From Amphiscolops sp. MND2022 (Eukaryota): a DNA stretch of 64,000 bases. The notes beneath the pieces were generated by a model. The model searched no databases, had not been told where the DNA came from, and saw only the letters and a program-made list of their open reading frames with translations. Made by a program: the position numbers and the translations under genes. The stretch spans positions 36,086,001 to 36,150,000 of the forward strand of contig OZ076409.1 of the NCBI GenBank assembly GCA_964187785.1, in the 5' to 3' direction. Positions 39,587 through 52,967 of this stretch are shown in pieces (within the stretch, counting starts at the first letter, position 1; each line of letters starts with the position of its first letter).

Positions 39587-40261
39587 CTGAAAAGTACATT
39601 CAACGGCGGTTACTAACTTCACTATAGTATAGTCTTCACTATTATCTATATATAGATAATGCCACTCCTCAATCAATACCAACGGTTGATTGCCATACTT
39701 TGGAACTAGAAGCGACAGCAGGTTGAAAGTCCAGATTAGATATTCAATAAAAACTTTGAGTTTCGTTTCTTTCATTCAGCTATAAAACGCAATAAAACAA
39801 TCTGTTTTGATTAGTTGACAAGAAAAATTGAAATCTGTATTTCTCTGGGGATCCAAAAAAGGGACCCCGCGTAATGCTTTATATCAAAAACTGGTAACCT
39901 CCGAAAGTTTCATGCGAAAAAAAAATGAAACAAAAAAGTGGTAATTAGCGTTTTTTTTGCGAAAATAGTTTCCGAAACACAAGAAGAATAGCGAGGAAAT
40001 CGTCAACGAGAAGGCAGTTTTGCGAAAAATGCGTTTTCTCGCTCATCCCCTTTACACATTCCTGTTTACCATATACTTATTTCAATTTTTTTCCAGCTGT
40101 TAACGTTTTTTGTTGTTTTAATCAAATATCTGAATTCAGACCCCTTGTTGAAGTACTCAAGACGAGAAAGTGACACCTTCTTATTTGGATCCCAAGAGTA
40201 CTTATTCCACCGTTTGCTCCTTTTTCTACTGGGTCCGCTATCAGATTTCTGTGGTCCGTTA

Positions 40262-40811
40262 TTTTTAGTCGGCGTTTTCGAAGAAAATGCACGACTCTTA
40301 CAGTGGCTAGTTTTTTTTCGTCAGTTAAACGCGATCGGTCCACGTTTTTGTTCATTTGTTCAACATCATCAACTTAAACTACGGACGTCCAAAACATACT
40401 CGAAACGCCAGAAACTCGTCCAAAACAAAAACATCAACGTCCAGAATCTCGAAAACATAGGATCCCCCTCTTGGTGTTATTCACTCGGATTTTTTTCGGA
40501 ACTGTGCGACTTTTTTCTGAAGTTTTTTGGATTCCACCAAAGGTTCTCCCCTTCGTTTGTTTCGATATTTTGCAACACAATGGATGTCAAAAAATTCCAA
40601 AGGGTCACCACTTTTACATTTTTCGGCAGTGACACTGTTCAAAAATCTCATTTAAAATTCTTTTCGGAAATTTTTCAAAATCTCCCCAAGGTCCCTTCAT
40701 TTTTTTTTCATATTTTGCAACCAACTGGAGTTTCACAAAGCTCAAAGGGTCCCCCTTTTACAATTTTGAGCCTTAGATATAGCGCCGACTTTGTCCGTTC
40801 CCGGCTTGTTT
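40262..40811 (+). mobile_element. Helentron/HINE-like element, full length
   Basis: TTTTTAGTCGGCG...GCGCCGACTTTGTCCGTTCCCGGCTTGTTT. Confidence 0.78.
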
Positions 40812-41347
40812 AATTATAATTTGCTGTTTAATATGGGCCTATTAGTAACCTTTTCTTGGTTACGTTCATTTTTAGAGAGACCAGAAAATCAACCAATGGA
40901 TCTTCTGTACCAACTCTCAGCACTCAATTTACCGGCAATTTGATGTTTTCGAATATACATGCTACGAACCTCAATTTTTTGGAAGTTGAATTCTGTGGAA
41001 AAAAGACAAAAAAAGCGCCAGCTGAGAGTTTAATGTTCCTTTCCCAAATATGAAATACCAATTTCTTCAAATTTAAAAATCTGAACCGTGACGGGCTTCA
41101 AGCCTATTCAAGATCTTCCAAATTGAAAAATCTTTTATAACTCATTTTCGCTATAGCTTTTATTTTATGATAGAATTACGTTAAATGGTGATTTCCCCTC
41201 ATGCCAGAGAATAAAGAATGGGGAAACAACAGCAGCACACTTTCATCAAAGATAATCCCACACCCTGAATGACATCAGAATGATGGACGTCATTTTAATC
41301 AAACCAAGAAACAAGAGAGATAAAGAAGACAGGGGCACTTGTCTTAC

Positions 41348-41492
41348 TCGTCTGGGGTTATCCATTTTTCCTTGTCAAAATCCTTTTGTGTTGACTGGGC
41401 AATTGACGTCTCCATCAAATCCACGTATCGGATCAATTGAGGGGCAAACAAGTCACACATCTGAGTGTGGAATTTCCCATTTCTCAACATGT
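41348..41492 (-). CDS. CADPS: CAPS coding exon (not in ORF track): (N)[47 protein letters not shown](E)
   Basis: Manual translation matches CAPS 'NGKFH..L.DLFAPL..RYVDLMESSIAQS'. tctttAG acceptor, GTAAGA donor; 145 nt = 2+47x3+2, phase-compatible on both sides. Confidence 0.95.
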
Positions 41493-41749
41493 CTAAAGAA
41501 AAAGCTCTGTGAACATAGCAAATGGACGAGCTAGTGAAATTGTAACAGCTTTACGACGACAAACAAAACAGCTCCCTCGCGGAACCTTACAAATTGAGGG
41601 CAAGTATTCAAAGTACCATCACTTCAAAAACTTGTGATTTCGACACATTCAAACGTTTTCAACATGTGATTCATCAAAAATGGCCATCAACAGATGGAAG
41701 GTGAGAGTGAAAGTATTTCGGAGTATTGAGATGCAAAATCATTTCTTAC

Positions 41750-41906
41750 TGCTAGTCTGCAGCCAGTTATTGAGGACCTGGAACAGCTCGAATGAGTCCC
41801 AGGAATCAGGGGGTTGTACTTCCAGGGCAGCATTCATGTCAACGAGGAACATGCTCCAAAACATTTCTGAATGTTCAGTCACAACTCCTTCGAACCAGCC
41901 AAAAGC
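41750..41906 (-). CDS. CADPS: CAPS coding exon: [52 protein letters not shown]
   Basis: Diagnostic CAPS motif '[17 protein letters not shown]'. ttcttCAG acceptor, GTAAGA donor; 157 nt, phase 0 to phase 1. Confidence 0.95.
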
Positions 41907-42852
41907 CTGAAGAACAAAATGATAAACCTCAGTTCTAGAATGACGTCTTTTTACCACGTGATACTGAATTACCAAGGCAAACAAAAAGATAGAAAGCTAG
42001 TTTTGAATCATCAAAAACATACCGCTTCTTCTCGAATGAAAGCCGCATTTTCGCTGATTGAAAGAGGCTTCTTTGGGAGAATAGATATTATATGTGGACG
42101 AATAGCAGTAACAAAATCAAAGAAATTCTGTTAATAGAAACTAGTTTCAAACGTCGATTACTTTATAGTTTTCAAGCAACAGAATTCAGAGCCGAATCAT
42201 GTCAAGTAACAGCGAAAGCAGCCGCAGAATGCAGAAAAAATATCAAAATTTTGAAGCATCCAAAATTTCAGTTACCACATCGATGGTTTCACATTTTTTG
42301 ACATGATTTGGAGACTCGGTTACATGTCAAAATCTAAGTTAAAACCTGTGCCAAAATGTAAGTCAAAATCTAAACAAAATGAAATAAAAAACATTGGTTG
42401 TATGACTCTGCTTTCCTTCTACCGAGTCGCTTCGCACCCCCTTCATGTCGGCCTTCGTCGAAACCAGCCGCTGGACCAGTAGTGGCACGTCGCTCCACTT
42501 AGCTATTGCTTTAGAGTACTATCAGAATGTGAACATGCTAATCTCAATTCTATGATTTAGGAGATATTGACTAGACAACACGAGACTCATTGGGAGACGC
42601 GAATCAGCAGTAAAAGTTCATAAGATTGTTCAAATGAAAAACGAAGACGTCGTCCCAATTTCAGTCTAGAATTTTTCAGGAAGTTATTAGGAACAACGCC
42701 TTCAAATGACTGCATCTCTGGTTCCTATTTGGCTTCTAACTTTCATAACCAAACACATCACAGCTGAAATGTAGCCATTCAAACAGTCATCGGAAATCAA
42801 GCAAATTGAAAAAAGATCGCTTAGGCCTAAACACCATTACCAAGATGAAGAT

Positions 42853-45800
42853 CACTCAGTCGGCTTCAAACAATTATACATGTTTTCATCTTTTTTAACT
42901 GTTTATATTTGAATAACCAAGGGTCAAATGAATTTCCACGCGATGTTAAACTCATTGAGGAATACAAAAGTCGTCAATTAATCAAATCAGCAAAAGAATA
43001 GTACCCAATTAAACTTCAATTAAATTCCAGGACAAACGTAGAGAGAAAATAGAAAATCAAACGATAACTATTATTGAATTTATTTTCAACAGGCGGAGCA
43101 GCACGTCCCTAAGGCTATGAATCTTTGCTTGATTTACTCTCCGGTAAATTACAAGTACAAAAGTGTATATCTTAGCTTGTATTTCCATCCATCGATTATA
43201 AACCATTTTTAGTCGGCGCATTTCAACAAAATGAGCCCGACTATTACAGTGGCAAGTTTTTTTTTTTTCGTCAGACCACAGAATGTATGCGTAGTGGACA
43301 CTTTTTTTACAGAACTACTGGACCGGCAAGCGGAAACCCATCTAAGTTATTACAAAGGGTCACCCCTTTCGTGTACTCAATTTTTAACAAGGGTCCCCTT
43401 CAAGTTTTTTTGATATTTTGCAGGAAACTGAAGTTTCAAAAAGCCCAAAGGGTGCCCTTTCAACTTTTTCGGCACTATGAGACTGTTTCAAAATTCTCAT
43501 TTTTCGTTTTTTTTCGAAATTTTTTTCAAAACATTTTCGATTTTTCTTAAATGTCTCCAAAGGGCCCCCTTCAATTTTTTTGATATTTTGCAACAAACTG
43601 GATTTTCAAAAAGTCGAAAGGGTCCTCCCTTTTACAATTTTAAAAACTTTGCGCTTTTTGAGACTTAGATATAGCTCCGACTTTAGACGTTCCTGTTTTG
43701 TTTCATTACTTCCAGTCAATATTTTAAATATGGGAAAGAATCATTAGATGTATCATAGCGTTTTAACCAGTGCGGATGTCGATTTAAGGGCAAGCTTAAG
43801 ACAACGCCAATGATTGAAAATGTCGTCGGCAAAATCAACTTGCCGAATCAGCCAACTTTCGAGACTGGGAGCAAAAAGTGCACGTGCACGTATTGTTTTG
43901 AGGAAAATTGAGAGCATGCGAAAAACAGCGGAATCTACCAAAGTATCACTGAGAGCAAAATCCACAAACTTGAGATCCAAGTTTCGCACTTCCAAACTCA
44001 AGACGTTTTGCGTTGAAGTAGTCCAGTAATGGCCGCATGATACGCAAAGAGATGGAACCGGTTGAAGCACGATTTATTTAAATCGATCAACAAAAGACTG
44101 GCATAACTGCGAATAGAACTAGATGAACAAATCAATAAACAAACCGGGAACGGCCCAAGTCGGCGCCCCGCTCAAGGTTCAAAAAAGAAAATTTTTTTAA
44201 ATATGCAATAGGACACTACTGTTAAAATAAAATTTTTATCAACTTTACAGTGCCGAAAAACACCCGAAGGGATACGCACAAGACTCGAAACCAACTTTTT
44301 CGCCAACTGGGAAGAACAAAAATAATTGAAATTTCCGAAAAAAATCTCTCCGGCAAGTCACATAGTCCCGAAAACCCTAAAGAGTCCTGTATGCTCTATG
44401 CTTCGTTTCTATTAAAAACCGAGGGGTGTCATGACCCATGGTACAACGAACTCAGTGTCATGATCGTTGATATATTATATATAAACATCCTGTCACAGGA
44501 AAGAGATATGTTATTTAAAAAATGTAAATTCAGATAACCTCGGTGATATTGCAGGTAATTAACTTTCGGATAATTGAACCAGAACTTAAAAATCTGAGGT
44601 CGAATACAGTCTTGCTAAAGTTTTCTTTCGATTGAGAAAGAGCAACTCATGCTCCGAAGATAGCTCATAGACTGCCCTGAAACGAAAGGAGATTGGAATG
44701 AAGAATATCACAAGGGGGCTTCGATAAAAACAAATTAGAGAAAAGTCACAGAGTACCGAATAAACCCCGGTCTAATATTTTCGATACAGCGCAACCTCCG
44801 CCTCCTCTTTAGTAGAACGCAACCTCCGCCACCTCTTCAGTAGAACGCAAGTTACTCCGGATATAACGTCAAAAGTTCGAATATAGCGTGCTGGGCCACA
44901 TGGGAGTGTTTTTCATTGAATCCAACAATTGAGAAACAAATTGAGAAGATTGTAAGATTTTTTTCGATAAGTAGCATAGTGCCAAAAAACTCTATGGAGC
45001 CGGGCCCTCTATAATCGCAAAACGCTTTCTTTTTGCCAAGAATTGAAGAACGCGTCGGGAAAAATTCAGAAAAGTCAGATAGTAATGAAAACACACAAAG
45101 GGGGATCCTTTTGGTATTTCCTCTACCTTTCCAAGCATAAAAACTTTAGTACTGGACTCGAACCCACGTACTCCTGATTCTCCGGCCTCGTTACCAGGCA
45201 CGGAAATTCGCGTTAACCCCGGGTCCAAAAGGCGGGCCCACGTCCACTTAAAATTTCTAACCAATTCAAAATTTATAAAAGTGCAAGTTTCACGATGACT
45301 GAAGAAAACACTTCACTGTAAGAGTCACGCACTTTAAGAGTGCACTCACTGTAGAAGCCCTTTTGTAAAAAAAAGTTTGAAAAAGTTTCTAATTCGAAAT
45401 CGTGACACCATTGCAGTACTTTGAAAGCTGCGTTTTCACCATGTTTTTGGACGTGGATGCTGTGGAGAATTGAAAGCAACCCAAATCCCAGAGGTAGATA
45501 AACAACGGGGATATAGTGCAACAAAGTGGTTAAAACATTCATCCCACCGGCGTCGACTTACACCCCTGGGTTTGTTCACGCTTGTTACTGACAGAAAATT
45601 ACCGCTTCTTAATGACAGCAGTTTCTCGGTTAGTACGAAGCAGCACGCGTTCGTGAAAAGTAGTCGCCTTGAAACGGCAGGCAGTAATCGGATCAAGCGA
45701 CAAGCTGATTAAATAAACCAATGGACTTTCTTAGAAAACAATTCAAAGTATTGATTCCCATACGTGAGTTGCGTAAACTTCTAATTTGAAGAATTGAAAT

Positions 45801-48800
45801 TCACATCCAAAAAAAAACCTCTGCTTGAAACGTTCCTCCTACCCTTAGCTTTTGCGCCTAAAAAACAGATTTCGGTTCAAATAAATTTCTACCTAGACAG
45901 CTTCGAGCGACTTGGTTTTTAGTTGGCGCTTTTCGAAGAAAGGAACCTACAATAACAGTTGCTTTTTTAAAGACCAGCGAACTGACACACTCAGTCGGCT
46001 TCAAACAATTATACATGTTTTCATCTTTTTTAACTGTTTATATTTGAATAACCAAGGGTCAAATGAATTTCCACGCGATGTTAAACTCATTGAGGAATAC
46101 AAAAGTCGTCAATTAATCAAATCAGCAAAAGAATAGTACCCAATTAAACTTCAATTAAATTCCAGGACAAACGTAGAGAGAAAATAGAAAATCAAACGAT
46201 AACTATTATTGAATTTATTTTCAACAGGCGGAGCAGCACGTCCCTAAGGCTATGAATCTTTGCTTGATTTACTCTCCGGTAAATTACAAGTACAAAAGTG
46301 TATATCTTAGCTTGTATTTCCATCCATCGATTATAAACCATTTTTAGTCGGCGCATTTCAACAAAATGAGCCCGACTATTACAGTGGCAAGTTTTTTTTT
46401 TTTTCGTCAGACCACAGAATGTATGCGTAGTGGACACTTTTTTTACAGAACTACTGGACCGGCAAGCGGAAACCCATCTAAGTTATTACAAAGGGTCACC
46501 CCTTTCGTGTACTCAATTTTTAACAAGGGTCCCCTTCAAGTTTTTTTGATATTTTGCAGGAAACTGAAGTTTCAAAAAGCCCAAAGGGTGCCCTTTCAAC
46601 TTTTTCGGCACTATGAGACTGTTTCAAAATTCTCATTTTTCGTTTTTTTTCGAATTTTTTTTCAAAACATTTTCGATTTTTCTTAAATGTCTCCAAAGGG
46701 CCCCCTTCAATGTTTTTGATATTTTGCAACAAACTGGATTTTCAAAAAGTCGAAAGGGTCCTCCCTTTCACAATTTTAAAAACTTTGCGCTTTTTGAGAC
46801 TTAGATATAGCTCCGACTTTAGACGTTCCTGTTTTGTTTCATTACTTCCAGCCAATATTTTATATATGGGAAAGAATCATTAGATGTATCATAGCGTTTT
46901 AACCAGTGCGGATGTCGATTTAAGGGCAAGCTTAAGACAACGCCAATGATTGAAAATGTCGTCGGCAAAATCAACTTGCCGAATCAGCCAACTTTCGAGA
47001 CTGGGAGCAAAAAGTGCACGTGCACGTATTGTTTTGAGGAAAATTGAGAGCATGCGAAAAACAGCGGAATCTACCAAAGTATCACTGAGAGCAAAATCCA
47101 CAAACTTGAGATCCAAGTTTCGCACTTCCAAACTCAAGACGTTTTGCGTTGAAGTAGTCCAGTAATGGCCGCATGATACGCAAAGAGATGGAACCGGTTG
47201 AAGCACGATTTATTTAAATCGATCAACAAAAGACTGGCATAACTGCGAATAGAACGAGATGAACAAATCAATAAACAAACCGGGAACGGCCCAAGTCGGC
47301 GCCCCGCTCAAGGTTCAAAAAAGAAAATTTTTTTAAATATGCAATAGGACACTACTGTTAAAATAAAATTTTTATCAACTTTACAGTGCCGAAAAACACC
47401 CGAAGGGATACGCACAAGACTCGAAACCAACTTTTTCCCCAACTGGGAAGAACAAAAATAATTGAAATTTCCGAAAAAAAATCTCTCCGGCAAGTCACAT
47501 AGTCCCGAAAACCCTAAAGAGTCCTCTATGCTTCGTTTCTATTAAAAACCGAGGGGTGTCATGACCCATGGTACAACGAACTCAGTGTCATGATCGTTGA
47601 TATATTATATATAAACATCCTGTCACAGGAAAGAGATATGTTATTTAAAAAATGTAAATTCAGATAACCTCGGTGATATTGCAGGTAATTAACTTTCGGA
47701 TAATTGAACCAGAACTTAAAAATCTGAGGTCGAATACAGTCTTGCTAAAGTTTTCTTTCGATTGAGAAAGAGCAACTCATGCTCCGAAGATAGCTCATAG
47801 ACTGCCCTGAAACGAAAGGAGATTGGAATGAAGAATATCACAAGGGGGCTTCGATAAAAACAAATTAGAGATAAGTCACAGAGTACCGAAAAAACCCCGG
47901 TCTAATATTTTCGATACAGCGCAACCTCCGCCTCCTCTTTAGTAGAACGCAACCTCCGCCACCTCTTCAGTAGAACGCAAGTTACTTCGGATATAACGTC
48001 AAAAGTTCGAATATAGCGTGCTGGGCCACATGGGAGTGTTTTTCATTGAATCCAACAATTGAGAAACAAATTGAGAAGATTGTAAGATTTTTGTCGATAA
48101 GTAGCATAGTGCCAAAAAACTCTATGGAGCCGGGCCCTCTATAATCGCAAAACGCTTTCTTTTTGCCAAGAATTGAAGAACGCGGCGAGAAAAATTCAGA
48201 AAAGTCAGATAGTAACGAAAACACACAAAGGGGGATCCTTTTGGTCTTTCCTCTACCTTCCCAAGCATAAAAACTTTAGTACTGGACTCGAACCCACGTA
48301 CTCCTGATTCTCCGGTCTCGTTACCAGGCACGGAAATTCGCGTTAACCCCGGGTCCAAAAGGCGGGCCCACTTCCACTTAAAATTTCTAACCAATTCAAA
48401 ATTTATAAAAGTGCACGTTTCACGATGACTGAAGAAAACACTTCACTGTAAGAGTCACGCACTTTAAGAGTGCACTCACTGTAGAAGCCCTTTTGTAAAA
48501 AAAAGTTTGAAAAAGTTTCTAATTCGAAATCGTGACACCATTGCAGTACTTTGAAAGCTGCGTTTTCACCATGTTTTTGGACGTGGATGCTGTGGAGAAT
48601 TGAAAGCAACCCAAATCCCAGAGGTAGATAAACAACGGGGATATAGTGCAACAAAGTGGTTAAAACATTCATCCCACCGGCGTCGACTTACACCCCTGGG
48701 TTTGTTCACGCTTGTTACTGACAGAAAATTACCGCTTCTTAATGACAGCAGTTTCTCGGTTAGTACGAAGCAGCACGCGTTCGTGAAAAGTAGTCGCCTT

Positions 48801-49124
48801 GAAACGGCAGGCAGTAATCGGATCAAGCGACAAGCTGATTAAATAAACCAATGGACTTTCCTAGAAAACAATTCAAAGTATTGATTCCCATACGTGAGTT
48901 GCGTAAACTTCTAATTTGAAGAATTGAAATAAATTCACATCCAAAAAAAACCTCTGCTTGAAACGTTCCTCCTAACCTTAGCTTTTGCGCCTAAAAAACA
49001 GATTTCGGTTCAAATAAATTTCTACCTAGACAGCTTCGAACGACTTGGGTTTTAGTCGGCGCTTTTCGAAGAAAGGAACCTACAATAACAGTTGCTTTTT
49101 TAAAGACCAGCGAACTGACACACT
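42853..49124 (+). repeat. Tandem duplication with a ~3135-bp unit (42853-45987 and 45988-49124); each unit contains HINE-like copies (e.g. 43207-43703, 46341-46833)
   Basis: Near-identical sequence and duplicated ORF-track entries; CACT microhomology at the junction; scattered SNPs and small indels. Confidence 0.95.
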
Positions 49125-51874
49125 TTTATGAGCACATTTCTTAACTTTTAACTACCACTTGGCATAGAGATTCACCGGATTTTCTGAGGTCCGAGAAGCA
49201 GGAGTACGTTGGGTTCGAGTCTCGCACTAAAGCAAAACTTTTATGCTTGCAAAAGTAGAGGGGAGACCAAAGCGTCCCCATTTGGGTTTTTTCTACATGC
49301 GACTTTTTCCCGAGGTTTTTTCAATCGAACTCCTTTCGATGTTTAGCAGACACAAAACCTTTTGCGATTCTAGAGAACCACCTTGGGTTTTTCGGCACCA
49401 TGCGATTTTCCGAAGGAATTGAAAGAAAATTCGGGGAAAAATTCAAACAAAATTCTATTAATTTTCTCGACACAATTTCTGACTTTGAGGTTTTCAGGGA
49501 GGAAAAGCCTTTTTTGAGTCGTAAGGGTGACCTTTTTGATCTAAAAACCATACATTACCTTCACGAAGTGAAACTCAAAGTTAACTTGGATAACGTCGTT
49601 GAAGAAACAAAATCTACAAGATTTGAAAACTTCCTGATTTTTCTGAAGGAACTTACAATTCGAAAAAATATTCAGCAACTTGTCGAGGGTCTCTTTCATG
49701 TCTATTGGAAATGAAACTGGGGAGCTAAGAGCATCTCTATTTTGTCTTTGGTCACAATCGGTGGCTAAGTATTACTACTACAAATGCAAGCAAGCCGTGA
49801 ACGGCCCAAGTCGGCGCCCCACTCAAAGTTCAAACAGAGCAAATTGTTATAACTATTCTAAGGGACACTATTGTGGAAATACTTATCAAATTTACAGTGC
49901 CATAAGATTCGAAAATCTTTTTGCCTATTTCGAAACATCACAAAAAACAATTTTCTGAAAAAGCCTCATAGTGCCGAAAAACCGAGACCCTTCAATTTCG
50001 CAAAACCTTTTTTTAAGAGAAAACATTTATGAAAGTGAAGGGTACCTTCCGACCAAATATAAAATTTTTCAGGAAAAGTCGCACAGAGACGGAAAAAGGT
50101 AGATGTTTTCCACAGTTTTTGAAAAATCTCATCAGTCCCAAATAACCTACAAGACCGGAACGTCTCAAGTCGGCGCAGCAGTTCAGGTTCAAAAAGTTGC
50201 AAGTTTTTGAAATTTGCTCAGGATTTCAAATAACTCACATAGAAGTGTCGAAACTTTCAAAGAGCGCCTTTCGTGATCAGAAAACGATTCAAAAGTTCAG
50301 ACATAGCGTGCTGGGTGGGACAAATGGGAGCGCTTTCTATTCGGCGCTTTTAGAATGAAAGAGCCCGACTATTACAGTCACTGTTTTTTTTAAAATTTGA
50401 GACAGACTCGAATGCGACAAAATTTTTGTTCGATTTGCTCAACTAAACGAATACATGGGAAAGGCAAACTGAAAGGACCCCTTTCATTTTTTACTTTTTA
50501 AATGCAACATACAAAACCGGACGAGACTAAAGGATTCCCCATTTTTTTTATATTATACACAAATGGGATGTGAAAAAAGCCCAAAGGCCCCCTTCTACAT
50601 TTTCGGTACTATGAGACAGTTTCAAAATTCTCTTTTGTTTGAAAACTGACTTTTCGAATTTTTTAAAATGTCTCCAAAGGATCCCTTTCATTTTTTTGTT
50701 ATTTCGCAACAGAAAGGATGTTAAAGAAACCCCTTTTAAACTCTTTGGCACTAAAGAACGAACTTCTGGAGCGTTTTCCGAGCACGAAAGGCACATTTTC
50801 GGTGTTTCGGAACTTTTGTGAGTTTTTCATAACGTCCTGAGCATATTTCAAAAACATTTCGAGCCTCAGGTATAGCGCCGACTTGAGACGTTCCGGTATT
50901 GTTTGGACCTTACGTCTCCTCTTCAGTAAAATGCAATATAGTTCGGCCATCGTCAAAAATTCGGATTGTATTGAAACAAGTCGGGAACGGCATAAGTCGG
51001 CGCCATATCTAAAGCTCGAAAATAGCTAAAGGACACGAAAGTATCAAAAAACTCACAAAAAGAGTATCGAACTCACAAAAAAGCCAAACGACCGAACTGG
51101 CGCGCTAAAAGGAGAACCCTTTCGGATTTTTTAAAAACCCACTGTTGCAAAACACCAAAAAGTGAAGGGACCATTTGGTGAAAAAATTTCGAAAAAAGTC
51201 TCACAATGGCGAAAAAACTGAAAGGGGTGACCCTTTGGGTTTTTTCAACATCCTTTCTGTCGCCAAGCATCAAAAAACTGAAGGGGGACCCGTTAGTCTC
51301 ACCCGGTACTGTATGTTACGCGGAAAAACAGGAAAAACATTTTTGGTTCAGTTCAGTTCAGGCGAAATGGTTCAATTTGACACGATAATATTTTGTAGAA
51401 CTTTTGAAGAACTACTTTGGTCAGTTCGGGGGGAATGAAAAAAGAGTCACTATAATAGTCGCGTTTCACTTCATGAAACGCCGACTAAAAATTGGTGGTG
51501 GATATACATCGAAAAAACTTAAAATCAGATTTAAACAATGAGAGATTTGAACAGTTTCATATGGCCGGAAAATGTAAAGGGGAGACTCTTTAAGATTTCA
51601 AAGATCCATTCTATTGAATCTGGAGGCCCCTTTGGAGACATTAAAAATTTTAAAAAGTCTCAGTGCCGAAACAAAATCGAAAGGGGTATTTTGTCTCGTT
51701 CGGCTTTGTATGTTACGTTAAAAAATGAAAGGGGGGACATTCTGCACTAACTTAGATGCGTTTCGAGGCATTCGTTTAGTTAAAAAAACTGAACAAAAAA
51801 TTCGTCGGATTCGAGTCTTTCGGAAAAACAACAAAAAACAGTGACTGTAATTACATAAAAGTGTCGACTAAAAA
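49049..51874. mobile_element. Cluster of nested and adjacent HINE-like copies (e.g. ~50340-50903 on +, 50974-51491 on -)
   Basis: Family termini at ~49050, 49794, 50152, 50342, 50880, 50980, 51481 and 51865. Confidence 0.7.
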
Positions 51875-52083
51875 TAATCAAAGATGTCATCCTTACGGCT
51901 CGAAAAACGCTTTTCCTTAAGTTCTTTAAGTTTAAAGCTCGGAAACCAGAAACTGTAAAAAAATCTCAAAGATTTTCGTAACTGTAATTTCATAAGTAAT
52001 TTCCAATTGCAGACAAATTTTTTGAAACAAATTCACTTTCTGATTTTTGCAGCTCAAACCTTATCAAGTTCATTGAAAGCATC

Positions 52084-52286
52084 TGTTGAGAATTATTCAT
52101 CTTTTCGATTTGATTTAACATTTCATGTTGATTTCTCACTTTTACTGCTTTTTGCCGCTTTGACATTTTCATCGTTTTTGTTCTGACTTCTAACTTCAAT
52201 ACAAGTATCCTACGTTTAGAAAGTTTTGCTATCTAAGCAATAGCATACCAAGAGCAGCTGTCGCGCCACAGTATTCAGAAGAAACA
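52084..52286 (+). repeat. 5' LTR of BEL/Pao element
   Basis: TGTTGAG...GAAACA; direct repeat of 56370-56574 with about a dozen differences counted by eye. Confidence 0.95.
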
Positions 52287-52287
52287 T

Positions 52288-52308
52288 TGGTGACCCAACT
52301 GACGTGAT
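52288..52308 (+). promoter_or_regulatory. Primer-binding site, tRNA-Trp-like
   Basis: TGGTGACCC-aact-GACGTGAT versus the canonical tRNA-Trp PBS TGGTGACCCCGACGTGAT; 1 nt after the 5' LTR. Confidence 0.75.
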
Positions 52309-52365
52309 TTTCATGGTTAGACCGTTTCAATTTTTTTCTGCTACAGAAAAGAACCTCGATTATCT

Positions 52366-52967
52366 ATGGTACGAAGAAGTGTCTTTTTGAAGAACGAATC
52401 TCAATATTTAATCCTGTCAGATTCTTAATTGAAACGTTTCAAGACTATCTCTTTTGATGTGTTATCTGTCCCAGGAGCTCGCGCTGTAGATATTTGGGAT
52501 TTTTTAACGCCTTGTAACAAGTATGAAAAGATTGTATTATTTCTCGGAGGTCCCGCTCTCGAAAGTTTTACCTCAAAAAGTGGAACTTTTCGATCAGCAC
52601 AAAAACCCGCTGAAGTTGCTGTTGAAATCTGCGATGGTACTCAAGCTCTCTCCTTACGTGCTGCAGAAGGTTTTTTTGTTGCTGTGCCTCCTAGGGGAAC
52701 TGTCGAGATACAAAATGAAGTACTGGAATTGAACGCAGATCTTAATTTATTTTGTAGACATACTACCAAAAGATTATTTTTGTGGGCATATCTCATTACC
52801 TGTACAATTTAAGACATATTTCTAAGGACCTCTGCCATTTGGAGAAAAAAGCCTTCGCAAAGGTACATAAGCTCCTCAACGAAAACGTTTTGAAAACAAA
52901 ATTCAAAAGTCAATCCCCGAAGAAGTTTCCTACTCTCCCTAATGTTTACTCCACTTCACCATTGTAA
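52366..52967 (+). pseudogene. Extra SGNH/GDSL-hydrolase-like ORF inside the BEL element, upstream of gag (one premature stop at 52426, one frameshift near 52780)
   Basis: Reconstruction MVRRSVFLKNESQYLILSDS*LKRF...VLSVPGA...KIVLFLGG...VAVPPRG...VLELNADL...GIS...ISKDLCHL. SGNH blocks I (SDS), II (PGA), III (LGG) and V (DxxH) appear in order. Confidence 0.72.

Noticed and set aside
40145..40813. 222-aa ORF, the longest in the track, and similar F/K-rich ORFs at 590-911, 14134-14542, 43231-43668 and 51073-51438
   Set aside because: They lie within HINE-like repeats, frames are not conserved among copies, and no protein motifs are present.
43753..45712. ORFs in the duplicated unit (43753-44070, 45436-45712 and their copies)
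   Set aside because: Their identity is explained by the recent duplication; no recognisable domain or convincing splice structure.
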